A stretch of 63,535 nt of DNA, the filler included, from Stramenopiles sp. TOSAG23-3 (taxonomy: Eukaryota): NCBI GenBank assembly GCA_900128585.1. It is 34 parts of 34 records of this genome, joined end to end, with 100 filler letters (N's around TTAATTAATTAA, not from the genome) between each part and the next. Parts side by side here need not be neighbours in the genome. Positions count along the whole stretch, not along the records: positions 44,985 to 46,751 come from LT645416.1; positions 46,852 to 48,617 come from LT645417.1; positions 48,718 to 50,483 come from LT645418.1; positions 50,584 to 52,349 come from LT645419.1; positions 52,450 to 54,214 come from LT645420.1; positions 54,315 to 56,079 come from LT645421.1; positions 56,180 to 57,944 come from LT645422.1; 27 more parts are not named here. The stretch is one strand, 5' to 3'. Within the stretch, counting starts at the first letter, position 1, and every line of letters begins with the position of its first letter. Below the pieces are notes generated by a model. That model was not told where the DNA came from. It saw nothing but the letters and a program-made list of their open reading frames with translations, and did not search any database. This document shows positions 44,885 through 56,707 of the stretch, piece by piece. The position numbers and the translations under genes were made by a program.

Positions 44885-44985
44885 NNNNNNNNNNNNNNNN
44901 NNNNNNNNNNNNNNNNNNNNNNNNNNNNTTAATTAATTAANNNNNNNNNNNNNNNNNNNNNNNNNNNNNNNNNNNNNNNNNNNNC

Positions 44986-46751
44986 CGGTCGTGCTCGGCG
45001 TGCGGCCCTGGAACGTTCTCCTCTCGCGAAAACGTCGCATCGTGCTCGAACTGTACCGCAGGTCGGTACAACGACAACAACGGAACGTCGTCGTCCGATC
45101 ACGATTCTGCCCAAGACTGCAAGGTGTGTTCCCCGGGCCAATACCAAGAGCGTGCTGGGGCCTCGTTGTGCTCGAACTGTCCTCCAGGGCGATACAACAG
45201 CAACAACGGTACGAATGCTTCTCATCATGACTCGGTGGATAATTGCCTTGTATGGGATACCTGCTTGCCCGGAACGCATATATCTACAAATGGCTCCGCC
45301 AAAGGCAACAGGGCCTGCACCGAGTGCACCAATGGAAGTTTTTCCTCGCTCGAAAACTGGAACAGTTGCAATCGATGGAAAACTTGCCCTTCTGGACAAT
45401 ACATTTCTACCAATGGGACGCTTGAAAACGACCGGAACTGCGCACTGTGCACGGACGGGAGTTTTTCCATCCTTGAGAACCAGTACCAGTGTACTCTGTG
45501 GCAAACTTGCCTGCCTGGAAAATATTTTTCTGCCAATGGAACGGCTTCAGGCGACAAAGTTTGCACCTTTTGTGCTGATGGAAAATTTTCCGACGATGCC
45601 AATCAGCTCCAGTGTTTCCCTTGGAAAACTTGCCCCGCTGGGAAATTCTCTTCTACGAATGGGATGCCCTAATGACAGATTTTCCCAAACGCAAAACCAA
45701 TACGAGTGCAATAGATGTCCGAATGGGCGATATACCAGAACCGTGGGGTCTCCCTCAGCTACCGACAGGCACAATAACGCCACCGACTGCTATCCCCCCC
45801 CCAGCCTTGTTCGCCTCGTCCCAGACAACAGCACCACTTCTGGAAACGTAAGCACGTCATTCTATGGCAATAATTTCGGGGACGTGTCTTCGTCGATAAG
45901 TATCTCGATGAACGGGGTCCAGTGGTTGGGTATTGTGCGTCGAAACGCCTCGTACTTGACGGCTCGATCGCCCTCGGGAACTGGAGCGCAGCACCCCGTT
46001 TCAATTTCTGTTGACGGAATTGTTTCAGTAAACGATAACTTGACGTTTTCGTACCTTGCACCAAACATATCATCGGTTACAGCGCCACCATTTAGAGGTG
46101 GGACGGTACAAGTTCAGGCAAATGAACTTGGAACCGATGTAGGAAAAATTTCGGTGCAAATCGATGACGGGGCATGTTCCCAAGATTGCACCAGCATCGA
46201 ACTGGTAACAAACGGGCTGCAATGCGTCTATTCTCTACAAGGGGCGAAAGGGGCATGCCGAGGGGTTATTGTTGCCGTCAATGGACAGCAGAGCAACCGA
46301 TACCAGTTTTGTTATGACGTGGACACTGGTGAAGTGACCGGACTTCCCCGTGGACTTCAGAGCGTCAATGAGCTGGAGTCTCTTCAATACACTGTGTCGC
46401 TTAGTCTCCCTGAGCTTGAAGTGGGGACAAACGTTCAGATACAACTGAGCGCCAATTCGGGCAGTAACGATTATGTCTGCACCGTCTCGCCATTGACAAT
46501 TTCATTTTACGCTGCCAACGGCACGGCATCTCAACAAATATCTGTCCTTACCGTTGGGAACTTTATTGACGAAGGACATGGCGCTACCATGTACACCTGC
46601 AACATTCGGCACGTCATTACCTCTACCGATCCTCAATACAGCACGCACCCTGAGCGCACCGTTAATTTAACGATTGTAAACGACGATAATGCTGACGTCA
46701 AACTGTGGACGATCAATGAAGAAGACAACACGTACGATTACGACGTTAAGT
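44986..46751 (+). CDS. Large surface protein: TNFR/GCC2-GCC3-like Cys repeats, IPT/TIG and Ig-like domains; frame break near 45665; partial
   Basis: C..W.TC..G......GT...DR.C..C..G.FS repeats in one frame to 45672, continuing as CPNDRFSQ...PPPSLVRLVP...FSYLAPNISSV in another. Confidence 0.75.
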
Positions 46752-47234
46752 NNNNNNNNNNNNNNNNNNNNNNNNNNNNNNNNNNNNNNNNNNNNTTAAT
46801 TAATTAANNNNNNNNNNNNNNNNNNNNNNNNNNNNNNNNNNNNNNNNNNNNAATTATCCGTTCATATTATATAGTATTACGGTCGTCCTCCTCTTTAATT
46901 ACTATTCCATTATTATTATATTATAAAATAAATAGTTAATTATTAAATATATTTTATTATTTATCTTTTTTTTATTTATTATATAATTTATTTTTTTATT
47001 TTTTAGGAATATTTTATTCCTTTTGTTTTACTATTTATTTACTGGAGAGGTGAAAAAAATAAGGTCTGTCAAAAAAAAAATAATAATCGATGGATGACGG
47101 ATATTATTATTTTTCTCATTAATTATTAATATATTGACTGAAACATTAATAATACTGATACAGAAACAAATAGAAGATTATCTCACATTATTTGTAAAAT
47201 GTCAGACTGCTTAAAGATATAAAACACATTAAAA

Positions 47235-48104
47235 ATGGCTAACCAACTTACAATGCAACAACAGCAACAAGAAACGCGACAGCAAGACCGACGCAATTTA
47301 CTACAGCGTATTGGTGCATTCTGGACAGAACATGGAACAGACGAGATACTAAATGTATTGCGCGTTGTAGAGACACACCATGAGATACGCACTCTCTCGA
47401 AACCAGAAGTGCTGAAGCAAAAATATGGCAGTAGTTTTTATCCAATATGCGATGAGGTGTGGCAAATATTTGTAAATTCATACAATTCGAAGATACAGGA
47501 ATTAAATGCTGATAACGACTGTAAAAATAAAATTGAACAATTTAGTTGTTGGTATTACGGCTACAATGGTATTGAAAAAATGCAGAGAGTTATGGGAGGT
47601 GGGAAAGGTGCGCACGAACCCCCAATACAATTTGCTTGTGTAGAAAATGGAAATTGTGAGTGTGCAATAAGCGACGACCCAAGCCAAATGAAATTTGGAA
47701 TACGATATCTTCTTCCACCAACGCCAAATAAATCTCTTTTGATTATTCCAAAATTAATTGAATATCGTTTTCCAGCAGAAATGTTAAAAGACACGGAATA
47801 CGAAGATTACAACACAACAATATGGGTTTGTGAAAATTGCAATCGTGCGTGTGAGTATGAAGATGGTTCAGTCATATTTCCAGGTGATGATGAAGACGAC
47901 AGAGATGAACTATTCCCCAATCATACCGAAGACGGGGTTTTTTTGATAAAGAAACTAGAAAAAACTGGGAACGTATATCCACAAAAAAGCACATACAAAT
48001 TGCTGCAACTTAATTCTGTTGAAGATGATGAAGAGAAAAAAAAAAGAAAAAGAAGTGGCTCTAGTAGTGATATAAGCCAGACTAATAAAATAAGTAGAAA
48101 ATAA
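47235..48104 (+). CDS. Hypothetical protein with CENC motif and basic C-terminal NLS-like tract
   Basis: Complete 289 aa ORF flanked by very AT-rich DNA. Confidence 0.65.
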   Translation: MANQLTMQQQQQETRQQDRRNLLQRIGAFWTEHGTDEILNVLRVVETHHEIRTLSKPEVLKQKYGSSFYPICDEVWQIFVNSYNSKIQELNADNDCKNKIEQFSCWYYGYNGIEKMQRVMGGGKGAHEPPIQFACVENGNCECAISDDPSQMKFGIRYLLPPTPNKSLLIIPKLIEYRFPAEMLKDTEYEDYNTTIWVCENCNRACEYEDGSVIFPGDDEDDRDELFPNHTEDGVFLIKKLEKTGNVYPQKSTYKLLQLNSVEDDEEKKKRKRSGSSSDISQTNKISRK

Positions 48105-49415
48105 TATTAATTTTTAATCAATGCTAATAGCCTAATATTAAATTATTACATAATTTTTTTTTATCCAATCTAAATATCTATTATTATCCATTAATCTTGA
48201 ATAATATCTTAATACTCGAACTAAAACCAAAACAAAATTGAAAACCGAAAACTGTATAATAATATAATATTATTTATTATATTTTTTTCTCTTCTTCTTC
48301 TTCTTCTTGGATCGTTATTATATTTATTTATATTTTAATTTATTTTAATTTTTCAGTTTTACCGGTACTGGTTCTTAGAGTACCATACCTATGTACGGTA
48401 AATAGACTATCGGTATTAAAAAATACCATTGGACGTCTTTTATTAGACAACAACAACGGCTTTTAGGGACTTTTATAATTGTTTATATTAAAATATTTAT
48501 ATTTTTATATTTTAAATTCACAATAATTAATAAAATAGAGAGGGGTACCGTAGTATTATTAATTGAGATGATAGATAAGATTAAATTTTTGATTTTAACG
48601 TGTAGCTTTTACACAAGNNNNNNNNNNNNNNNNNNNNNNNNNNNNNNNNNNNNNNNNNNNNTTAATTAATTAANNNNNNNNNNNNNNNNNNNNNNNNNNN
48701 NNNNNNNNNNNNNNNNNTTAAAACACATTCTTATCGAAAGATTGCCAAATGTCAACAGCAATTTCTTTTCTTATGATTGCTTTCGAATTTTAAGCCTTTA
48801 TAATTTAGTTTTCATCAACGTATTGCCGAAAAAGTCTGCCAAGAAGATGTATAATTACGAGGATTAGTAACTAGAACGAAATGTAAAAAAATTGGACTAA
48901 TCATTAGTACAGAGGTACAACCACCGAACGTGTTGCAGTTGACAATTAAAACCACCAATAATAATTACGAGGATATATGATAGGGGGGGGGGGGGCGGTA
49001 CCCAGGGACGGTACCTGGTACCGTATTATACCCAGTGTTCGTAGTAGATAGACAGTTTTTGGTTCTTTAGTTTTTTAGAATGGCAATGTACATTATTATA
49101 GCGTGAATTTCCCCTCAATCCCACTACTGTTCCTTGCTGTGTAATGCAATATGATGCAGGAAGAACGGACATCACAGAAAAAAAAATAAAATAAAAATTA
49201 GTAGTCTTTCTATAATAAATAATAATATAATATTTGAATCTTCATATTGATTGATTCAATAATCTGTAAATACATAGCAACAACAAAATGAAGATGGTTA
49301 AAGCTTACATTTATCACTGATCAAAGATATTGAATCATGTATAATTTAGAACACCGGGAAATAAGAGGAAAACGAGAAGAAAGAAAATCACTTTTTCTCC
49401 CCTTTCTGTTTAGTG

Positions 49416-50483
49416 ATGGCCCCAACAGATGAGAAATATGACGTTCTTATCGTCGGAGGAGGTATAGTTGGAGTCAGTCTAGGATACTTTCTTAAGAAAT
49501 TTGACTCAGAGTTAAACGTGCTTGTCGTTGAAAAGTATGGAGTTGGGACGGGTGCGACTGGGCTTAGTGCTGGAACGATATGGAACGTTGGTTACGGAGA
49601 TTACCACAACCCAGCTTGTGTAGCGCCCGCAATTACGACGGAATTTATTGAGATGCTTTATGCTCAGGGATATGAGTTTGAGTATGTCGCTTCCGGCGCG
49701 TTGAACGTCAGCTCAACAATGGAGGAGAGGTCTTTTATTCAGAAGCAGTGCGGAGAGCTAGAAAAAAGAGGATACAATGTAAAATTTTTGAACGATCCCC
49801 ACCAGATAGAAAAACACTTATCCCCCCTTGTCAATGGGGCAGGTTACACGCCACTTAGTTCTCACGTTAAGTCGAGCGAGTTTGCTTTGGCTATTGCTGA
49901 CGTGGGCCAGCGCTTTGGACTTGAAATTGCAGAAGACACGGAAGTTCTGAACATCCATCCAGATTATTCCCAAGGGTCGGGGGACGCACTCTCTATCAAT
50001 GCTCAGTCACCGTTTTATTCAGTACAACTGAGAGGAATGTCGAAAGGGGCTGTGCCGAAGATGGTCAAAGCTAGAAAGGTTGTGATAGCTGCAGGAATAC
50101 ATTGTAATTACTTTTTGGGATCGGTTTTGGGAAAGCAGGTTGAAAAAATCACATCTGAATTTTGGAAAAAATATTCAATTGTCCCTGTGAAAGGGCAAAT
50201 ATGGACCACAGAGGAAGCGCCAGAAAATTTTCTGAAGCATATTATATTTACAGTCAGAAGCTCTTTCGGTTGGAGCAGTGGTTTGAATCCAGTAAACTAT
50301 GAGACGGGCCTCCCTCCCTTTTGCACACATGATTCGAATGGTACTCGTGTTTTGCATCACGGTTACGGAAGGCAAGGAGTGGATGGGACGATTAATTTTG
50401 GGGGAGGTCGGTTGCGAGTCGATAGAGGGAGTAATATCCTTGTGCAACAGCATTTGGAGGACTCCAGAAACTTTGTTGAAAGT
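49416..50483 (+). CDS. FAD-dependent oxidoreductase (DAO/glycine-sarcosine oxidase family), 3' partial
   Basis: YDVLIVGGGIVG, GATGLSAG, VVIAAG, PVKGQ. Confidence 0.9.
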
Positions 50484-50583
50484 NNNNNNNNNNNNNNNNN
50501 NNNNNNNNNNNNNNNNNNNNNNNNNNNTTAATTAATTAANNNNNNNNNNNNNNNNNNNNNNNNNNNNNNNNNNNNNNNNNNNN

Positions 50584-50740
50584 GCGTTAAAAAACCAAAG
50601 ACAAGAACAATGTAGAATACTCCCATTTCGAAAGAGTACCATCGGTGCGGCTGAGTTTTCATTTTTTTTCCATACTTATCGTCTTCCGCGGGCTTTCCGT
50701 TCTTCAGCGGTAACTCCGTTTTCTCTCGCGCTACGGGCAT
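50584..50740 (-). CDS. N-terminus of a membrane protein, 3' partial
   Basis: ATG then hydrophobic segment GVFYIVLVFGFL at the contig edge. Confidence 0.35.
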
Positions 50741-52533
50741 TTCTGCCTCGCGGATTTCCGGGCTTCTCTTCTTTAAATATGGTACGCGGTGTTAACAAAT
50801 GTGCGGCGTGGGGTGAGGGAGGGACGGGGAGGATAATATGTTGCGAGTGAGAATGAAGATATTTTCAGTAAAGCTGGAAACGTCTTTTTTGTTCGTACGT
50901 TCGACGCTTTTGCGCCAAACATATACGCTACACCCGTCGTTCCTCTTGCCATCGTATGTCATTGTCACACTATTCTTCCGTTTTATAAGAAGTGGTGCGC
51001 AACCGGCTTAATTGACGGCGTGGGCAGATTGCCACGAAGGGGAGAAAAGTACAGAGCACAGAAGGTAGGGGGGGGGGGGTCTTAAAAGTCGCAACTTACT
51101 CTACTCGACAGCTTGACGCTTCTTTCGTCGTTCTGGCAAACGTCACCAAAACAACTTTGCACGCTAGAAAGTGTACCTTGTAAAGACGGATATAATCCGT
51201 TACAAACAATTCCTGTTACAACTTTAATGTTTCTATCCTTTCTCTTTCTTTCTGTCCATTTAGTCATGAATACCTTCACACCACCAACCAATTGATATCC
51301 ATTACAATTCAAATGAGTCGAAGAAAGAATAGATCGAAACAAACAAACAACAAACAAAGAAACGACGAGATAAAGAAGAAAGAGAGAAGAGATACCGTAG
51401 CAGAAGAAGGAAGACGAGGAGGAAAGGAAAAAGGAAAGGAAAGGAAAGGAAAGAGTAGAGAATGGAGAAGGGAATAAGAAGAAGAATATTATAGCGCTAC
51501 CAGTACAATAGTAATAACAAGAACAGGAATTCCTATCGATCGTATCCAGCAACGCAACTGAGGAGGAGTGAGGAGATCGAATCTTTCTTTGCTAAACCAA
51601 CCAATTTCCAATATAATATTGTTAAGGTACAAATAGATATTAATATCAATATTTAATTAGTTAGTTAGAAGATCCTCGTATACTTTAGATATGTATCATA
51701 GTTTTTTATATTTAAAATATAAATTACTCTTTTAAGAATGATCGAAGAAAACAAAATATTTTTATTTATACAAAAAGATACAGCTATTCTTCTATATATA
51801 GCTATAACTCTTTATTTAATATATTTTAAGGTATATTTTATTCACTTGAACTCTTTTTGTGATTTATCTCTCTTTCCCCTTTTTTTCCTTTTTTTCCTAT
51901 AGGGAAATAATCGTTCATATAAAAAATCAACAATTTTTACCAAAAAATTAGAGAAACCCGTTATATAGGTACTATGTACTTGTATTATTTCTTAAGATAT
52001 AAACGAAAGTGACGTTTTACGGGAAACACTTTGATATATTAGTAGTTTAGAGTGATTACAAGTACTTAAATAAGATAGGAAATTCAACTCGAAAAAGTTA
52101 AACACAAAGTTGCACAAGGTAAATAGCAGGCAAAATAACAAAAGAAGAAAAATGACATTTGAGTTTTTTTTTTTTTTTTTTCCCTCCACTGTCGGATTTA
52201 AATGACTTCTACTCTAGTATTTGATTTAAAATGAGAGTCTTAAAACATACTATATATTTTGTTTTTTTAATAATTATATTTTATATGATATCATAGTATA
52301 GAAAACGTATTAATAAAAACAAATTATATACGCCATTAATATAGTATGCNNNNNNNNNNNNNNNNNNNNNNNNNNNNNNNNNNNNNNNNNNNNTTAATTA
52401 ATTAANNNNNNNNNNNNNNNNNNNNNNNNNNNNNNNNNNNNNNNNNNNNGAACGAAACAGGTGTCCACGGAATGATTTACTAAAATTGTGGATCCGGTAA
52501 GGTTTGTGCTCCACTCGAAAGCATTTGAACAAA

Positions 52534-54093
52534 ATGGGTCGGGCTTCATGTTTGTTAGCGTGTATGGCAGTGATAATGATGCAATTGCCTCATAGATCAC
52601 TGGCGGGTGCTGGGAAGGGCATGGAAGAAACGTCGTCCATTAATGTTGCAACCATGACCATGTTGTTCGTCGTGTTTTCTTTCGCAATTGAAAAAATATT
52701 ACATGTGATCAGACATTTCCTGCAACACCACAAGCACATTGGTTTGCTAAATGCGTTAGAAAAGATTCAAACAGAGATTCTTCTGGTTGGCATGATTTCA
52801 TTGTTTCTCCTTGTCTTTGAAGATGACATTTTGACCTGGTGCGTAGAACCGTCGGACTCCGTGGCCGTGCCAATGAACCGAGGGGGGTGTGACCACTTGC
52901 GTAACAGTGAGTCAGCTCCGAGCCAAAATTGTACGTGTACTTGTTACCCCGACGACTCACGCCGTCGGCGTAATTTGCTGGCCGCTGCAGGGGATAGTCC
53001 GTGCAAAGGTGGGCAGGTCCGCTTCGTAGATGCAAATGCCCTCCATCAGATCCATTACTTGATCTTCTTCACGGCATGCGTACACATTACGTACTCGCTT
53101 TGCGTTTATTTTGTTGGCCGGTGGCGAACCATAAAATGGATCAAATTGGAGGAGGAGATAGAAGCAGATTCAGAAACGTTCTACAAATCGAAGGGCGACA
53201 TAAACTTACGCAAAATAGGAGGGAGCCGGATGATGTACTGGATAAAATCGATGCTTTCCCAATTCTTGTGCCGAGATCATGACCATGTCCTCTTCATCGC
53301 AATAAGGAAGTTTTACATAGCAAAAAACAATTTACATCACGATTTCAAATTTTATGCATTTGTCGACGAAGAATTAGAAAGGGATTTCGGAAATCTCGCG
53401 GGCATTTCATGGTGGATGTGGATTCTCATTGCGATTCAAATTCTTATTGAAGGCTTCATGCATCAGCCGATTTCTTACGGTACCTCTCTTGCACTCATTC
53501 TCTCATCATTTGTGGGGGCAAAAATGATCCTTGAAGTGAAACACTTGTCGTTCCAAGTTTTGTCCAAATTTGACAAAAACGGCGACGGTACGATCGATAT
53601 TCAGGAGCTGAAGACAATGGAGACGGAAAACGCAGACTTGAACGGGGTTGAACCGAATTTTTGGTTTAACCGGCCGAAGTTGATGCTACAAATATTTAGA
53701 GCCCTCATGTTCCAAAATGCGATCAGTGTCATGACGGGCATTTTCTACACGATGTACTTTGGCCGTGGCAATAATTGTTACATGGGCTCTCGGGCCGACT
53801 GGGACGTATACGTTGCACAATTCATCGGCCTCATCGTTTGGATACACCACGGCGCAGTAGTCTTACCTCACTATGCATTAGTGATGCATCTGGGCAACCA
53901 CCGTGAGTTAAACGATTTCTTGTCTAAGGTAGCGGCTAGCACAGACAAGATAAAAAAGCGAGCTTCTACGATAAACTTTTCAGGGAGTTCAAAGGTAGCC
54001 CCAGCAGCACTTGGCGAAGTACAAGAAATTAGGAAAGAGCACGGTGCTGGCTCGGATGAATACAAAGAGGCCTTAAAGGCCGTGCAAATGTAG
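52534..54093 (+). CDS. MLO: MLO-family 7-TM protein with an EF-hand
   Basis: ALEKIQTEILLVGMISLFL, RRNLLAAAG..C, ALHQIHYLIFF, FKFYAFV...LERDF...GISWWMW, FWFNRPKL, FQNA, VVLPHYALVMHLG; EF loop DKNGDGTIDIQE. Confidence 0.93.
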   Translation: MGRASCLLACMAVIMMQLPHRSLAGAGKGMEETSSINVATMTMLFVVFSFAIEKILHVIRHFLQHHKHIGLLNALEKIQTEILLVGMISLFLLVFEDDILTWCVEPSDSVAVPMNRGGCDHLRNSESAPSQNCTCTCYPDDSRRRRNLLAAAGDSPCKGGQVRFVDANALHQIHYLIFFTACVHITYSLCVYFVGRWRTIKWIKLEEEIEADSETFYKSKGDINLRKIGGSRMMYWIKSMLSQFLCRDHDHVLFIAIRKFYIAKNNLHHDFKFYAFVDEELERDFGNLAGISWWMWILIAIQILIEGFMHQPISYGTSLALILSSFVGAKMILEVKHLSFQVLSKFDKNGDGTIDIQELKTMETENADLNGVEPNFWFNRPKLMLQIFRALMFQNAISVMTGIFYTMYFGRGNNCYMGSRADWDVYVAQFIGLIVWIHHGAVVLPHYALVMHLGNHRELNDFLSKVAASTDKIKKRASTINFSGSSKVAPAALGEVQEIRKEHGAGSDEYKEALKAVQM

Positions 54094-54314
54094 GCGAAAG
54101 TGGTGGCTACGAATCTCTTTTTAAAACAAAAATAAAGGGGCTGTTAATTTAATCTCGGGTGAGTGTATCATATACGAAGCTTAAAATTAGGAATGGCTGT
54201 TATCATACATATACNNNNNNNNNNNNNNNNNNNNNNNNNNNNNNNNNNNNNNNNNNNNTTAATTAATTAANNNNNNNNNNNNNNNNNNNNNNNNNNNNNN
54301 NNNNNNNNNNNNNN

Positions 54315-54389
<75 letters not shown>
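54315..54389. repeat. (TTTC)n microsatellite
   Basis: Tetranucleotide run from the contig start. Confidence 0.95.
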
Positions 54390-54664
54390 CCTCTCTCTCT
54401 CTGTGTCTTCTCAGTGGGTCCGCCGTACGGTATTAATACAGCGGTACAGGTACGAACTAAAAAAATAATTATATAGGAGTCTTAGTATATTGTAAATTAT
54501 AGTTTATCAGAAACATCAGAAACATCCAGGTCCCTATATTAAATATTTAAGAAGAAAAAAAAGGGATGAAGAATTATAATTAATAATATGATATTTTTTT
54601 TAAATTTTAAATTAATATATTAGTCGTCTATATATAATTGTTTTTTAATAAATATCTTAATTAC

Positions 54665-54825
54665 TTAAATAACAGCCAATTTTTCCAAGTGCCCGTTCTC
54701 CACGGCCGCATGCAGCGCCGTGGCCCCGTTCCCCACCTCATTGTTCTTGCTTTTGTAATAATTGGCTTTCTCTTCCCCATAGACCTGCATCTCGCCCTTT
54801 AACTTTCCGGCTGGCGTCACGTAAT
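54665..54825 (-). pseudogene. Orphan ankyrin-repeat fragment
   Basis: GNGATALHAAVENGHLE in a different frame right after the TBC stop. Confidence 0.5.
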
Positions 54826-56079
54826 TCGATTGAACTCTTCTGCGGAGTCTTCGTATTCTTCCATTTGTTTCGTTGTTATGTTGATTCTTTTGAATGCGCA
54901 ATCCAATACCTTCTCCTCGCTCCCAAGGCATGTGGTTGGTAGGTCCTGCAAATACTTTAGGATCTTTTCGAACGTCAGGTCCAATAAATCTGCTTCGGAA
55001 ATTTTCAACAGCGCCAGCGCAATGCGGTAGATTATCTTCCAGCCCTCGTTGTAGAAGACATCCCAAATTCTGACGACCAATACGTTTGAAAATTGCTGGG
55101 CAAATAGCGTCATGATCCATTTAGTGGCGTACATGTGGGTGGAGATGCCCTCCGCCTTGAAGTGCTCGAATAGCTCCGGCATCGTCTGCTCGATGAATTT
55201 GTCCAAGGTGTACAGAACCACCATGGTCCGGGGCATTTCGTCCAAATACAGGCCGCGAAGCCTCCACCGGTGGCCTTTCAGAAGAGCAATGACGGCCCAA
55301 AACACCTTCTCTTCCGTCATGAAAAGCAACAAAAAAGCGGTCAAATACCCCATCCCTTGGCAGTAGCCCAGGATCGGGTCGTACACGGACACTGCCCGCA
55401 ACACGTGGAACAGTTTTTTCTGGCCCACGCCCCCGGCTTCTCGGAAGAAGACCGTCTCCGGCAGCGTCCGGTGTATGTCGCGCAGAATCTTGTCCTCGTA
55501 CGGGGCATCTTGCACGTGCTGAAGTTCGCCGTACAGCTTCGGCTGGGTCGCCATCAAGGCGTCCACCCCGAGCAGCACGGACCAAGCCGCCGACTTCAAA
55601 GGCATGGGGATCCCTTTCCTGACCCTCCGCTTCACGACCGTATCGGCGCAGTTGCCAATCCCCTTCTCCAGCATTGCCCGCCACTTTTCAAGGCGGGTGT
55701 TTTCAAGCCGCGCCTCTGGCCGAGAAACGCGCAGGGGGCGGCGGACCCCCATGGGGCTGTTGGGGTGGGGGGAGGACGGCGGGAGAAACCCAAAACGGTC
55801 TACTCTTTTTCGTTCCTCCGTGATCGACAGGTCCTCCTCGTCGTTGGCGCCATGGCTGAGCCTGCGATTTTGTTTCTCTTGGGTCGTATTTTTCAGCCGG
55901 ACGAATTTGAACTGCTCGGCGGCAAGCATTTCATACTCCGACGCCGTCTTTTCGAACAACCTGTGCGCGTGTTCCTCCTTGTCTTCGCGCTCTTCGTCGC
56001 ACTGCACTTCGTCCGCACTGCCGTCCACCTTGTGCGAACCTTCGAACTCGTCAGAGCTGCTTTGCAAATCGTCCTCTTC
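54817..56079 (-). CDS. Rab-GAP TBC domain protein, 5' partial
   Basis: DRFGF, RVRKGIP, ILRDIHRT (Arg finger), GYCQGM (Gln finger), WIMTLF, RIWDVF. Confidence 0.93.
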   Translation of the reverse strand, partial: EEDDLQSSSDEFEGSHKVDGSADEVQCDEEREDKEEHAHRLFEKTASEYEMLAAEQFKFVRLKNTTQEKQNRRLSHGANDEEDLSITEERKRVDRFGFLPPSSPHPNSPMGVRRPLRVSRPEARLENTRLEKWRAMLEKGIGNCADTVVKRRVRKGIPMPLKSAAWSVLLGVDALMATQPKLYGELQHVQDAPYEDKILRDIHRTLPETVFFREAGGVGQKKLFHVLRAVSVYDPILGYCQGMGYLTAFLLLFMTEEKVFWAVIALLKGHRWRLRGLYLDEMPRTMVVLYTLDKFIEQTMPELFEHFKAEGISTHMYATKWIMTLFAQQFSNVLVVRIWDVFYNEGWKIIYRIALALLKISEADLLDLTFEKILKYLQDLPTTCLGSEEKVLDCAFKRINITTKQMEEYEDSAEEFNRIT

Positions 56080-56707
56080 NNNNNNNNNNNNNNNNNNNNN
56101 NNNNNNNNNNNNNNNNNNNNNNNTTAATTAATTAANNNNNNNNNNNNNNNNNNNNNNNNNNNNNNNNNNNNNNNNNNNNATAATAACTGATTTAAATGAC
56201 TTCTACTCTATACAATAGTCTACTACATAACTATACTTAATAAAGGTATTGAAATTAATAATACCTATCAATATTAAAGTTATATTTGGATGAGTCACAA
56301 AGTGGCACTCTTCAAATTGGACTAATGCTGTGTAGATATAGTTATAGTGTGATTCGCTTCAAACAAAATAATAAACGATCTTCTTCTTCGTTCTCTCTGC
56401 TGCTCTGCTGCTACGCTTGTTGGTGCAAGAAAGAAGGAGGCAGCAGCAGGCTGCAGCAGGCGGCAGCTGCTACGGTACCGTGTACTATAGGAGGAGAGGT
56501 GGCAGATTTTTACCATCTTCTTCTTCTTCTGCTCTTCCACCTTCTACAGGTCGAAGAAGAATATGATACGATTACATTTTGTTGGATATGAGGTTTACGC
56601 ATCTTCCAAATTCAAGTTTTTAGATGCAGAAGGTTTTGAGCCGAGAGAAAATCACATTCTTTTCATAGACTAAAGGAGGACAGAGAATACCACGAATCGG
56701 CGCAAAC

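Noticed and set aside
51082-51552. Hydrophobic ORFs in purine/pyrimidine-rich spacers (also 10745, 27357, 39967)
   Set aside because: Products of low-complexity TC-rich intergenic DNA.
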